The notes under the pieces were generated by a model. It had not been told where the DNA came from. It saw only the letters and a list, made by a program, of their open reading frames with translations, and did no database searches. Positions 19,099-28,718 of a DNA stretch of 64,000 nt are shown one piece after another. Each line of letters begins with the position of its first letter. Positions within the stretch are counted from its first letter, which is position 1. Made by a program: the position numbers and the translations under genes. This DNA comes from Pirellulales bacterium (GTDB taxonomy: Bacteria > Planctomycetota > Planctomycetia > Pirellulales > UBA1268). The stretch lies in NCBI GenBank assembly GCA_028066355.1, contig JALCBP010000003.1, positions 69,746 to 133,745 of the forward strand, read 5' to 3'.

Positions 19099-20817
19099 GT
19101 GCAGAAAATAGACAACAATAATAATTTGGGTGAGGAAGAACTCTCTTTAGAAGCTGAAGAGAGACTGGCAGTTTTACTGGAGGACTTGACAACAGGGCCA
19201 GTCGATCAAGCTCATATGCGGCTTGAGAAGCTTTGTCTTCAACACGCCGATTTAGCAGGACATCTCCGAGAATTATTTGCGACGGTATCTGTGACGGATG
19301 CTGTGGCGATGGAGTCCACGATTATCATGGGTGATGATCGTAGAGGAGAATCTGCTGCGGAACAGAAAGGCACCGGACCATTTATTACGGAGGGGTTTGT
19401 ACCTGGTGTTTCTTCGCTACCGGCCCAATTCGGGGAGTACGAACTTCTCGAGGAGATCGGTCGTGGCGGTATGGGAATTGTCTATCGTGCGGTACAAAAA
19501 AGTCTTCAGAGAGTTGTTGCAGTAAAGATGCTCTTGCGTCGTGACCTTGCAAGTCACGCAGACCTTACACGCTTTCGCAGTGAGGCTGAGGCAGCTGCCC
19601 AACTCGATCATCCTGGCATTGTCTCTATTTTCGAAGTTGGAGAATATCAAGGTCACCCGTTTTATTCGATGAAATATATCGAAGGAACGACCCTTTCAAA
19701 ACGATTACAAAATGGACCAATTCCACCGAGAGAAGGTGCACAAATTTTACTTTGTGTAGCTGAAGCTGTTCAGGCTGCACATACGCGAGGGGTCCTTCAC
19801 CGGGATCTGAAACCATCAAATATTCTTATAGATCTAGCAGGCAAGCCGCATGTCTCTGATTTTGGTTTGGCAAAGAGACTTGAAGGCAACCAGACGATGA
19901 CGCACACGGGTGCAATTCTTGGTACACCGTGTTATATGTCGCCGGAGCAGGCCGCTGGGAGTCGCGGAGACGTTGGGCCGGCGAGTGATGTGTGGAGTCT
20001 TGGTGCGATCCTTTACCAAGTACTTGTAGATAGGCCACCATTTCAGGCATCGAGTCCAATGGATACATTACTCGCTGTACTGGAAGTTGATCCACCTCTC
20101 CCTCGCTCAATTAATCGCCAAGTGAATCGTGATCTGGAAATGATCGCCCTTAAGACGCTTCAGAAGCCGCAGGATTTACGATATGCGTCAGCAGCAGACT
20201 TAGCCAAGGATCTTCGCGCATTTCTGGCGAGTGAACCTATTGCAGCTCGTCAGGGTGGAGTTCTCGATGTTGTTTCCCGACTGCTTCGAGAAACACACCA
20301 TGCCGTTGTTTTGGAGAATTGGGGACTTCTCTGGATGTGGCATTCAGTTGTAGTTCTTATTCTATCAGTTATTACAGATGTTCTCGCCTGGCAGGGAGTC
20401 GAAAACCGCTGGCCGTATGTTGTTCTGTGGACAGGTGGTCTTGCCTTATGGGCACCCATCTTTTGGGCACTTCGTCACAGAGCTGGTCCGGTAACAGCCG
20501 TTGAACGACAAGTTGCTCATATTTGGGGAGGCACCATGATTGCGAGCATGCTGCTTTTTTCTGTTGAGGAGTTGCTTGGCTTACCCGTCCTTAAACTTTC
20601 ACCAGTTCTCGCCTTACTGGCCGGACTAATGTTTTTCGCGAAAGCAGGAATACTTTCTGGAGTTTTTTACATTCAGTCGATTTGCCTGTTTGCTACAGGT
20701 TTAATCATGTGTGGACTTCCTCAGTTTCAGCATATTCTCTTTGGGCTGGTAAGTGGCGGCTGCTTTTTCATCCCAGGGTTGAAATACTATCGACAACTGA
20801 CAGAGTCTGAGCGATAG
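19099..20817 (+). CDS. Ser/Thr protein kinase with C-terminal six-helix membrane domain
   Basis: Hanks motifs GRGGMGIVYRA, VAVKML, HRDLKPSNIL, DFGLAK and SPEQ. The last ~190 aa contain about six hydrophobic segments. The GTG start is as listed; the exact start is uncertain. Confidence 0.9.
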   Translation: MQKIDNNNNLGEEELSLEAEERLAVLLEDLTTGPVDQAHMRLEKLCLQHADLAGHLRELFATVSVTDAVAMESTIIMGDDRRGESAAEQKGTGPFITEGFVPGVSSLPAQFGEYELLEEIGRGGMGIVYRAVQKSLQRVVAVKMLLRRDLASHADLTRFRSEAEAAAQLDHPGIVSIFEVGEYQGHPFYSMKYIEGTTLSKRLQNGPIPPREGAQILLCVAEAVQAAHTRGVLHRDLKPSNILIDLAGKPHVSDFGLAKRLEGNQTMTHTGAILGTPCYMSPEQAAGSRGDVGPASDVWSLGAILYQVLVDRPPFQASSPMDTLLAVLEVDPPLPRSINRQVNRDLEMIALKTLQKPQDLRYASAADLAKDLRAFLASEPIAARQGGVLDVVSRLLRETHHAVVLENWGLLWMWHSVVVLILSVITDVLAWQGVENRWPYVVLWTGGLALWAPIFWALRHRAGPVTAVERQVAHIWGGTMIASMLLFSVEELLGLPVLKLSPVLALLAGLMFFAKAGILSGVFYIQSICLFATGLIMCGLPQFQHILFGLVSGGCFFIPGLKYYRQLTESER

Positions 20818-20834
20818 CTTGCTTAAATACTGCA

Positions 20835-21596
20835 TCAAAACCTGAGCCAGGTTTGCATTGCGAGTCTCATCAAATCTCGTGCGCCTCGAAGCATTTCGAT
20901 GCCACTCGCTTTGCTTGTTCCAAGTTTTCTGTTGGTAAAGGTTATTGGGATCTCTGTCATACGAGCTCCTGATTGATGTGCTCGCCATAAAAAATCTTCA
21001 AAAAAAGCATAGCCGGAGGTAAGATTTTCAAGCTCGATAGCGTCGATGCACCGTATGCGAAGAGCACGAAAGCCACTCGATCCGTCACGGACAGGAACAC
21101 GTAGGACAACGCGCGTGAACCAGCACACGAGCCAACTGATGATATGCCGCTTCAGCGGCCAACCAATGACAGCTCCACCAGGTATCTTCCGTGACCCAAT
21201 AGCAATATCGATTGGCACATCATCTGAAAGTTTGAGGGCTGCGATCAATCGTGGGATATCGGCGGGATTATGGCTGAAGTCTCCATCAAGATGAACGACA
21301 ACCTCAGCGGCTCTTTTCTGTGCCCACTGAATCCCTTCTAGCGTCGCTGTACCAAGGCCTCGACGATCAGTACGTAAAAGAAGGTGAACACGTTCATTCT
21401 TATCAGCCTCTTTCGCAACGATTTGTGCTGTACCGTCAGGTGAGTTGTCGTCAATGACGAGGATATGAGCATGTGGAATAGCCGTATGAATTGTTTCGAT
21501 AAGCGAACCAATTGAATCGGCCTCGTTGTAGGTTGCTATTTGTACGACCGTTGCAACAGGTGGCCATTGAGGAGGTGGGTGGTGTGTGGCCTGCAT
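20835..21596 (-). CDS. GT2 polyprenol-phosphate mannosyltransferase-like protein
   Basis: IATYNEADSI, VIDDNSPDGT and LDGDFSHNP are DPM1/Ppm1-like GT2 motifs. Confidence 0.8.
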   Translation of the reverse strand: MQATHHPPPQWPPVATVVQIATYNEADSIGSLIETIHTAIPHAHILVIDDNSPDGTAQIVAKEADKNERVHLLLRTDRRGLGTATLEGIQWAQKRAAEVVVHLDGDFSHNPADIPRLIAALKLSDDVPIDIAIGSRKIPGGAVIGWPLKRHIISWLVCWFTRVVLRVPVRDGSSGFRALRIRCIDAIELENLTSGYAFFEDFLWRAHQSGARMTEIPITFTNRKLGTSKASGIEMLRGARDLMRLAMQTWLRF

Positions 21597-21638
21597 GAGG
21601 TACTTGTGAGGGATGGTAGTAATCTCACAAAGTCTAAT

Positions 21639-21669
21639 AAAAAAAGGGAGCCGGCAAATGCCGACTCCC
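21639..21669 (-). terminator. Rho-independent terminator downstream of the DUF1559 gene
   Basis: The minus-strand RNA reads GGGAGUCGGC-AUUU-GCCGGCUCCC (9 bp plus one mismatch) followed by 7 U (A-run 21639-21645 on +). It lies 29 nt after the stop at 21698. Confidence 0.7.
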
Positions 21670-21697
21670 TTCCTGTATGAACAATAGTTTTCACAAA

Positions 21698-22561
21698 CTA
21701 AGGTCGATCGTCACCAATCGTATCACCACTGTTGCAAGTGGCCAAAGCTCGCAGCGTAGCTTTGCTAATGGTGTTGGACATAAAGCCACTTGAACCATCT
21801 GCCAAGCAGTATCCATTTACGCCACCAGCGTGTGGTGAACTTGGGAATGCCTGTGAAACAGTGCCTGGAATAGGTCCAGCCGATGCTCCGGTTGCGAGAC
21901 CGAACGTCGATGCATTTGAGTGACCTTCCCAGTAGTTTTCGTTGAAGTTTTCTTCAACGATCATGAGGGTGTTACTTGTGCCATCACGATACGATGCAAA
22001 ACCCTTGTCCTGATACAGGCCAAGACCACCATTGTCGGAAAGAGTTTTGCCACTGAAAGCACCAGAAGCTGTTGCAGATGCACCAGTTTCATCACTGGTT
22101 CCAACGTTGGCCTTGTAAACACTCTGGCCAGCTGTGGTACCAACAAATGAAGGGCAGATCAGCCAATCAACTTCAACAGTTGCATTGGTACCAGTGGGAA
22201 CAGCATAGTTGCCAGCTCCATTGATCGCATTGTAAAGATTGTTCTCTTCACCATATGGAAGAATATTTACAATGTGACTCCAGTGCGTAACACCAGTTAC
22301 TGGATTAGTAACAGTAGAAGCACCAGCTTGGTTAACACCCATTGCACTAGGCAGGAAGTTGTCACCACGACTGGCATGCTTGTCAGCATAGTTGTGTGCA
22401 GCCAAACCTTGTTGCTTCAGTTTGTTTCCACATGAACTGCGACGAGCAGCTTCACGAGCCTGTTGCACAGCTGGCAACAGCAGACCAACAAGAACACCGA
22501 TAATGGCAATAACCACTAGGAGTTCGATGAGGGTAAACCCTCGACGTGACGTAACTGTCAT
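21698..22561 (-). CDS. DUF1559 protein with prepilin-type N-terminal methylation motif
   Basis: [36 protein letters not shown] is a type II secretion/type IV pilin-like leader. The C-terminal SSPHAGGVN...LADGSSGF block is DUF1559-like. GGTGGAGGA lies upstream of the ATG. Confidence 0.85.
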   Translation of the reverse strand: MTVTSRRGFTLIELLVVIAIIGVLVGLLLPAVQQAREAARRSSCGNKLKQQGLAAHNYADKHASRGDNFLPSAMGVNQAGASTVTNPVTGVTHWSHIVNILPYGEENNLYNAINGAGNYAVPTGTNATVEVDWLICPSFVGTTAGQSVYKANVGTSDETGASATASGAFSGKTLSDNGGLGLYQDKGFASYRDGTSNTLMIVEENFNENYWEGHSNASTFGLATGASAGPIPGTVSQAFPSSPHAGGVNGYCLADGSSGFMSNTISKATLRALATCNSGDTIGDDRP

Positions 22562-22857
22562 AAAGATTCCTCCACCCTAACGGGTATATGAGAAGAAAAA
22601 AGTAAATCCCAAAAGGTCGGAAGAACAAGCACGCGCCCCTTGTTGCTATGCCAGTTCCTGATGATTAAATAACGTATTTGGAATCATCTGAAGGAAAAAC
22701 GTTCCGAGCGCCTTGCCTTCACCATGCGTAAAGGTATAGCCAGAATCGGCTGCAGTCAAGCACTTCGATTCGCTGAAAATAGACAACCCTGCAATTTTTC
22801 CGAATAAACGTAGACTGGGTGATTTGTAACGAATTTAGCCCGATTACCCGCTTCTAA

Positions 22858-22881
22858 CCCCTCAAAGGTGGGCTTTTTTTT
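22858..22881 (+). terminator. Orphan plus-strand terminator-like hairpin with T8 run
   Basis: CCCCTC-AAA-GGTGGG (one C/T mismatch) then C and TTTTTTTT (22874-22881). Both flanking genes are on the minus strand, so no annotated + strand gene ends here. Confidence 0.3.
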
Positions 22882-23056
22882 GTGCTATTTTTGCGTGTGA
22901 CTACACCAATTTTGGCACCCATGTTTCGGACTCTTTTTGGAACGATTGAGAAGCGATGCCTTTGATCAGTGAATAGTAATGTGAAGCACCGTTTGCCGCG
23001 TGTTTTTTGACTAGACGCAGACGGAAATCATTGCTTTCGAATAAGATTGCTCACTG

Positions 23057-24505
23057 TCAACGGAGAATACTCGTGACAACCTTGCCGTGGACATCGGTGA
23101 GTCGGAACTGACGCCCCTGATATCGGTATGTCAGGCGGGTGTGATCAATGCCGAGCAATTGCATGATTGTGGCCTGCATGTCGTGAACGTGAACCGGGTC
23201 AGTCGTAATATTCCAGGCATACTCATCTGTGGCACCGTGCACGTATCCGCTTTTTACTCCTCCACCTGTTAGCCACCATGAAAAGGCCTTTCCAAAATGG
23301 TCACGGCCCTTTGGGTTCACTGGATCACCTTGTCCAAAGGGAGTACGGCCAAATTCACCACCCCACGCCACGAGTGTATCCTCTAGCAATCCACGATCTT
23401 TAAGATCCTGTACCAGTGCAGCAGATGGTCCTTGTGTGTCGCGACACTGAATTTCAAGTTGAGTGTGCAGATTACTGTGTTGGTCCCAACCGGCATGCAT
23501 TAACTGAACAAATCGTGTGCCACGTTCCAGTAGTCTTCTCGCTACAAGACAGTTGAAAGCGAATGAACCCTTCTTATGCACATCAGGTCCATACCGCTCA
23601 AGTACATGTTTTGGTTCATCTGAGAAGTCAATGAGATCTGGCACACTTGCTTGCATCTGGAAGGCCATCTCATACGAGGCAATTCGAGTATCAATCTCTG
23701 GATCGCCGTAGTCTGCCCGGTGCTTGGCGTTCATGACGGCAAGGTCATCCAGTAAAGCTCGACGAGCAGCACGACTGATGCCAGGTGGATTTGCAAGATA
23801 AGGAACAGGCTCTCCTGTGTTTCGGAATTTTACTCCTTGAAAGCGACTTGGAAGAAAACCGGAACCCCAGTAGTAATCAAAAAAGAGTTGTCCACAGCTC
23901 TTTGCTTCATCGGACGATGTCATGACAACAAAAGCAGGCAGCTCTTCAGTTTCGCATCCAAGGCCATAGGATACCCATGCGCCAAGGCTTGGACGTCCAG
24001 GAACCTGGCTTCCTGTGAGAAAAAATGTGACACCAGGTGCATGATTGACAGCCTCAGTATGAAGGCTTCGAACAAGACATAGATCATCAGCTAGCTCGCC
24101 AATTGCCGGAAGCATTTCACTGAGTTCCATACCACACTGGCCATACCGTCGAAATTGTTTTATTGGTGCAACGACGGGCCATTGGGAATACCCACTCGAC
24201 ATTGTTGACAGACGAGTTGTACCTCGAACACTATCTGGAACATTTTCACCAGATCGTTTGAAGAGTGTGTCTTTCGGATCGAAGAGATCAACATGAGAAG
24301 GTCCCCCGCCTTGCCAAAGCATCACCATTCGTTTCGCACACGGAGCGTGGTGTGGAAGGCCAGCGAGTCCTAGCTCGCTCCCTTTACAATCACTATTCCG
24401 TTGAAAGAGCGATGCCAAAGCAGCAAGCCCAATTCCCTGTCGTGCTGATCCAAAGAGTTGGCGGCGAGTAACACGCTTTATATTTTCACTCAATAATTCA
24501 TGCAT
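23057..24505 (-). CDS. DUF1501 (sulfatase/alkaline-phosphatase-like) protein with Tat signal
   Basis: 482 aa. Twin-arginine leader VTRRQLFGSARQGIGLAALASL. WGGEFGRTP and the C-terminal RLT....G blocks are typical of DUF1501. Confidence 0.9.
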   Translation of the reverse strand: MHELLSENIKRVTRRQLFGSARQGIGLAALASLFQRNSDCKGSELGLAGLPHHAPCAKRMVMLWQGGGPSHVDLFDPKDTLFKRSGENVPDSVRGTTRLSTMSSGYSQWPVVAPIKQFRRYGQCGMELSEMLPAIGELADDLCLVRSLHTEAVNHAPGVTFFLTGSQVPGRPSLGAWVSYGLGCETEELPAFVVMTSSDEAKSCGQLFFDYYWGSGFLPSRFQGVKFRNTGEPVPYLANPPGISRAARRALLDDLAVMNAKHRADYGDPEIDTRIASYEMAFQMQASVPDLIDFSDEPKHVLERYGPDVHKKGSFAFNCLVARRLLERGTRFVQLMHAGWDQHSNLHTQLEIQCRDTQGPSAALVQDLKDRGLLEDTLVAWGGEFGRTPFGQGDPVNPKGRDHFGKAFSWWLTGGGVKSGYVHGATDEYAWNITTDPVHVHDMQATIMQLLGIDHTRLTYRYQGRQFRLTDVHGKVVTSILR

Positions 24506-24564
24506 GACTCGAGCCCTTTCATCGATACTTTACCGGAATAAAGACGTGTATAAAGTTTAAGCTT

Positions 24565-27159
24565 CTATTCTCGCGTGAGTGCTTCATCAAGATTCAGGAT
24601 TGCGAGACAGACATGCGATAATGCAGCGAGCGGCACAGGGTCAGAGAACTTCTCTTTTGCGTGCGTATCTTCGCCAAGGAATGTGTGTGCTGACTCAATG
24701 CTTATCTGAGAGTGTTGATTTGTGAACATATCTGCAAGAATGGCATGTTCCGATAGTGTTGGCTGCCGGCATAGAACGGTACGAAATGCAAAAGCAATCT
24801 GCTCATCAAGCGTATTCCGGCTTGCAATGCACCGCTCGGCAAGAGAGCGGGCTGCCTCAACCCATGTTGGGTCGTTTAGAGTCGTCAGTGCATGGAGTGG
24901 CGTACATGTTTGGTTGAGACGAACGGTGCATGTGCGACGGTTGGCAGAATCGAACATATTGGCTGGTGCAACAGTTCGTCGCCAGAAGGTATAGATGCTT
25001 CGGCGATAGAGGTCTGTTCCGGTCGATTGAGGGTAGGTGAAATCCCGTTCTTTCGTAATTGCCAGTGATTCCCAGATCTGATCAGGCTGGTATGGGTATA
25101 CCGGAGGGCCTCCAATCTCTTCACTGAGTAGACCACTACACGCGAGTGCCCAATCACGTAAAACCATTGCAGGCATCCGAAAACGACTGGCACGCCCATG
25201 AAGTCGATTTTCTGGATCCTTCTCTAGTTGGTCGGCATTTATCTTGCTTGTTTGCCGATACGTTGCGCTCATGAGAAGTAATTTATGCATGGACTTCTGG
25301 CTCCAGCCTTGTTTTTGGAATTCAATTGCAAGCCAATCAAGAAGAGCAAGGTGCCGTGGGTATTCACTTTGCACGCCCATGTCTTCTGTCGTCTTGACAA
25401 GACCAGTGCCGAAAAAATGTTGCCACATCCGATTGACTTGAACACGAGCTGTAAGCGGATGATCTGGGAGAAACAACCATTGTGCCAGTCCTAGCCGATT
25501 TTTTGGAAACGTGTCAGGTAAGGGTGGCAGGTTTGCCGGCGCTGCGAAAGTAAGAGCGTCACCGATTGGTGAGAGATAGTCACCTCGATCAAGCACACGT
25601 GTTTCTCGTGGCTTGTCATCGTTCATAATCATGACTCGTGGAATCTTATCACCGCTAAACAAATCATGAGCCTGCTTGGCTTTTTCATACTCAGTAACGA
25701 CTGAGACATGTTTTGTGACTGACCTCCTCACTTTCGTATCAAAAAAGTTTCGCAGGCCACTTTCGATTTTTTTCTTTTCAGCATCGGATAGCGTGTCTTT
25801 TGGCTTTCGGAGTAACGGTGTGAGTGACCGTGGAAGGTCTTTTCCATCTGCAGCCTGCCCGTCAGAGAACAAGCCTGACTTCCACGCTGTATATGCAACG
25901 TCAATAATTGGCTTTGCATCTTTCTCAAGGAGTCTCATGTTCTGTTTAAACTGTGACAACTGTTTTTTTTGATCAGCTGTAGCCACTTCTAGAAACGGTG
26001 TGGCAACACGTATACGAGTTGACTGTCGGCCGGGGCGCCCAGTTTCTGAGACCTGATTGAAGACGTGGAGCAACCGGTAATAATCGGACTGCGTCAAAGG
26101 ATCATACTTGTGGTCATGGCACTGTGCGCATGCCATCGTGAGACCAAGCCAGGTTGTGCTTGTTGTGTCAACCCGATCGAAAAGGTTGTTAAATCGCTGT
26201 TCTTCGGCAATTGCACCTCCTTCACCATTCAAAAGATGATTCCGGTTAAATGCAGTAGCAATTTGTTGCTGTTGTGTTGCGTCCGGCAAAAGGTCTCCTG
26301 CAAGTTGCTCAATTGAAAACTGATCGAATGGCATGTCGTCATTCAGTGCATTGATCACCCAATCTCTCCAGATCCATTGCCATGTGTCACCATCCTGTTG
26401 AAAACCATTGCTATCGGCAAAGCGAGCGGCATCGAGCCATGCCATTGCCATGCGTTCACCATAGTGTTGACTGGCCAACAAGTGATCGACCAACTGTTCA
26501 TAGGCATCTGGTGACTGATCCGTGAGAAATTCATCGACTTCTTCTTGTGATGGTGGAAGCCCAATAAGATCAGCATAAAGACGTCTAATTAATGTTTCCC
26601 TACTGGCTTCCGGTGACGGTGTAAGACCCACGTTTTCAAGTTCAGCAAGAATAAAATTATCGACAGAATTTTTTGGCCAATACTGAAGCGTTGGGGTGTC
26701 AATCAATGGTGGCATTTTCTGAACAGGAGCGACAAACGCCCAGTGTGTTTGATACGTGGCCCCTTCATGAATCCATCGCGTAAGCATTTTTTTGTCACGC
26801 TGAGAAAGATGCCGATTCGAGTCCGGTGGTGGCATAAGAAGATCACTATCATCGGAATGGATGCGATCGATGATCAAACTCCCGGAAGGATCAAGAGCCC
26901 CAGCATCTAATGCTGATTGTCGTTGATCGAGACGAAGATCAGCTTTTCGTTTGTTTGGGTCTGGCCCGTGACAGTAGAAACAGTTTTCAGCGAGTATCGG
27001 ACGAATGTCTCGATTAAATTCAAGTGTTTGAAGCGTGGTGTCGTCAGATGCGACCGTAATACCATTGAGAACGAGAGCAAGGAAACACCAGCTCGAACAA
27101 AGAGAAGTCAGCTTTCTTTGCAACGTTTTGGTGCCTTTGTTTGACATGTGATTTTTCAA
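24565..27159 (-). CDS. PSCyt/DUF1549/DUF1553 protein (planctomycete cytochrome-c-domain family)
   Basis: 864 aa with a signal anchor. CFYCHGPD heme-type CxxCH lies near the N-terminus (nt 26968-26982), and a second CAQCHDHKYDP motif is characteristic of DUF1549. The DUF1553-like C-terminal half ends in LNLDEALTRE. Confidence 0.9.
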   Translation of the reverse strand: MKNHMSNKGTKTLQRKLTSLCSSWCFLALVLNGITVASDDTTLQTLEFNRDIRPILAENCFYCHGPDPNKRKADLRLDQRQSALDAGALDPSGSLIIDRIHSDDSDLLMPPPDSNRHLSQRDKKMLTRWIHEGATYQTHWAFVAPVQKMPPLIDTPTLQYWPKNSVDNFILAELENVGLTPSPEASRETLIRRLYADLIGLPPSQEEVDEFLTDQSPDAYEQLVDHLLASQHYGERMAMAWLDAARFADSNGFQQDGDTWQWIWRDWVINALNDDMPFDQFSIEQLAGDLLPDATQQQQIATAFNRNHLLNGEGGAIAEEQRFNNLFDRVDTTSTTWLGLTMACAQCHDHKYDPLTQSDYYRLLHVFNQVSETGRPGRQSTRIRVATPFLEVATADQKKQLSQFKQNMRLLEKDAKPIIDVAYTAWKSGLFSDGQAADGKDLPRSLTPLLRKPKDTLSDAEKKKIESGLRNFFDTKVRRSVTKHVSVVTEYEKAKQAHDLFSGDKIPRVMIMNDDKPRETRVLDRGDYLSPIGDALTFAAPANLPPLPDTFPKNRLGLAQWLFLPDHPLTARVQVNRMWQHFFGTGLVKTTEDMGVQSEYPRHLALLDWLAIEFQKQGWSQKSMHKLLLMSATYRQTSKINADQLEKDPENRLHGRASRFRMPAMVLRDWALACSGLLSEEIGGPPVYPYQPDQIWESLAITKERDFTYPQSTGTDLYRRSIYTFWRRTVAPANMFDSANRRTCTVRLNQTCTPLHALTTLNDPTWVEAARSLAERCIASRNTLDEQIAFAFRTVLCRQPTLSEHAILADMFTNQHSQISIESAHTFLGEDTHAKEKFSDPVPLAALSHVCLAILNLDEALTRE

Positions 27160-27256
27160 ATCAGTGTTTATGAATAAAAGAACGGTATAAGTAGAAGTTG
27201 ATAGCAGACACGTTGAATACTTTGCGGTAGTTCAATCTGGATGCACACTATGATAT

Positions 27257-27285
27257 TGCTGCACATTTATAATACTGCTGCATAT
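27257..27285. repeat. Imperfect direct repeat TGCTGCA(C/T)AT x2 in a divergent promoter region
   Basis: TGCTGCACAT at 27257-27266 and TGCTGCATAT at 27276-27285 (starts 19 bp apart). They lie between the divergent DUF1549-family gene and the flavoprotein gene. Confidence 0.3.
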
Positions 27286-27410
27286 TCATGCTTAGGTAGC
27301 CAACTTGGCAACGGACAATCGCGGTCCTCGTCCACATAAGTAATGTTATTCAATGAAAAACTCTTACCAGAGTGCCAAAAATAAACAGTGAGATGTAGGA
27401 TTCATACAAA

Positions 27411-28709
27411 ATGTCACTCGGGCGCGATGAAGAGCAGGTCGATATTGCAATTATTGGTGCGGGAGCCGCTGGCCTCTTTGCGACAATATGGGCAGGGAAA
27501 AATTTAGAATCCTATCCAATTCGTATCGCAGTCTTTGATGGAGCGAAAAAACTTGGTGCCAAGATTCTCGTAGCTGGTGGCGGTCGTTGCAATGTAACCC
27601 ACCGTCGTGTCACAGAACACGATTTTGCTGGAAGCAGTCCGGCGGCTATTCGCAAAGTGTTGCGTCGCTTTACGGTAGCACAGGTGATTCAATTTTTTTC
27701 TAGTGCAGGTGTTGAACTCAAGGAAGAAGAGACAGGGAAATTATTTCCGGTTACGGACTCAGCAAGAACAATTCTTCATGCGTTAATTGAACAGGCGAAA
27801 AAAGTACATGCGTCACTAGCACATCCAGCACGTGTTACTGAAATTGAACAACTTACAGCCGATGAGATAGCCAAGGGGGTCAAGCAGGGGCCGTGGTTCC
27901 GTGTCGTGTCCACTTGTGGTGTGGTGGTGGCTCAACACGTCATTGTGTGTACAGGTGGAAAATCATTGCCCAAGAGTGGCTCAGACGGTGGCGGCTATAA
28001 ACTGGTTGAAAGACTAGGACACACAATTACAAAACCCTTAGTTCCTGCCCTAGTTCCACTTATTTTAGAAGATAGTCATTGGATAAGACAGCTATCCGGT
28101 GTAACCGTTCCAACAACAGTTACACTTTCTACAGCATCGGGGAAACGAATTTTTTCCTGTTCTGGCAGTACACTTTGCACGCATCTCGGTCTTTCAGGTC
28201 CAGCTATTCTTGACATCAGTCGTCATTGGCTGATTGAACGAAATGCCAATTCTGATGTTCAGTTGAGCATGAACTGGTTGCCTGGACTGGATGCTGAAAC
28301 TGTCGATAAGCTATTGCAGTCTCAGCGAACAGGAGCATTGGGCGTGTTGCGACAACGGCTTCCAGATAGATTGGCTCGACGCATCTGTTTAGAGTCACAG
28401 GCTCCATTCGTCGGCGACCTGACTCGTCCCATTCGAAAAAAACTGGTTCAGAGTATCGTGGCAACTCCATTACCAGTAACTGGTGATCGAGGTTTCTCTG
28501 TGGCCGAGGCTACGGCCGGTGGTGTCCCACTCGCAGAGGTGAATCTAGAAACCATGGAAAGTAGAAAGTGTCCAGGTCTTTACCTCGCCGGTGAAGTACT
28601 TGATGTGGATGGTCGAATCGGAGGCTTTAATTTCCAGTGGGCTTGGTCAAGTGCGTATGTCGCAGGCTCTGCAGCTGCAAAATCCGTTATTGAAAGAAAT
28701 CCCTGTTAG
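27411..28709 (+). CDS. HI0933/BaiN-family NAD(P)/FAD-dependent oxidoreductase
   Basis: DIAIIGAGAAGLFA dinucleotide fold, GGGRCNVTH and GGFNFQWAW near the C-terminus. Confidence 0.85.
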   Translation: MSLGRDEEQVDIAIIGAGAAGLFATIWAGKNLESYPIRIAVFDGAKKLGAKILVAGGGRCNVTHRRVTEHDFAGSSPAAIRKVLRRFTVAQVIQFFSSAGVELKEEETGKLFPVTDSARTILHALIEQAKKVHASLAHPARVTEIEQLTADEIAKGVKQGPWFRVVSTCGVVVAQHVIVCTGGKSLPKSGSDGGGYKLVERLGHTITKPLVPALVPLILEDSHWIRQLSGVTVPTTVTLSTASGKRIFSCSGSTLCTHLGLSGPAILDISRHWLIERNANSDVQLSMNWLPGLDAETVDKLLQSQRTGALGVLRQRLPDRLARRICLESQAPFVGDLTRPIRKKLVQSIVATPLPVTGDRGFSVAEATAGGVPLAEVNLETMESRKCPGLYLAGEVLDVDGRIGGFNFQWAWSSAYVAGSAAAKSVIERNPC

Positions 28710-28718
28710 AGCACGTGA

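Noticed and set aside
22733-22759. TTGACT-N15-TATACC on the minus strand as the promoter of the DUF1559 gene at 21698-22561
   Set aside because: The 15-nt spacer is too short and the -10 hexamer is poor. I do not report it as a feature without TSS data.
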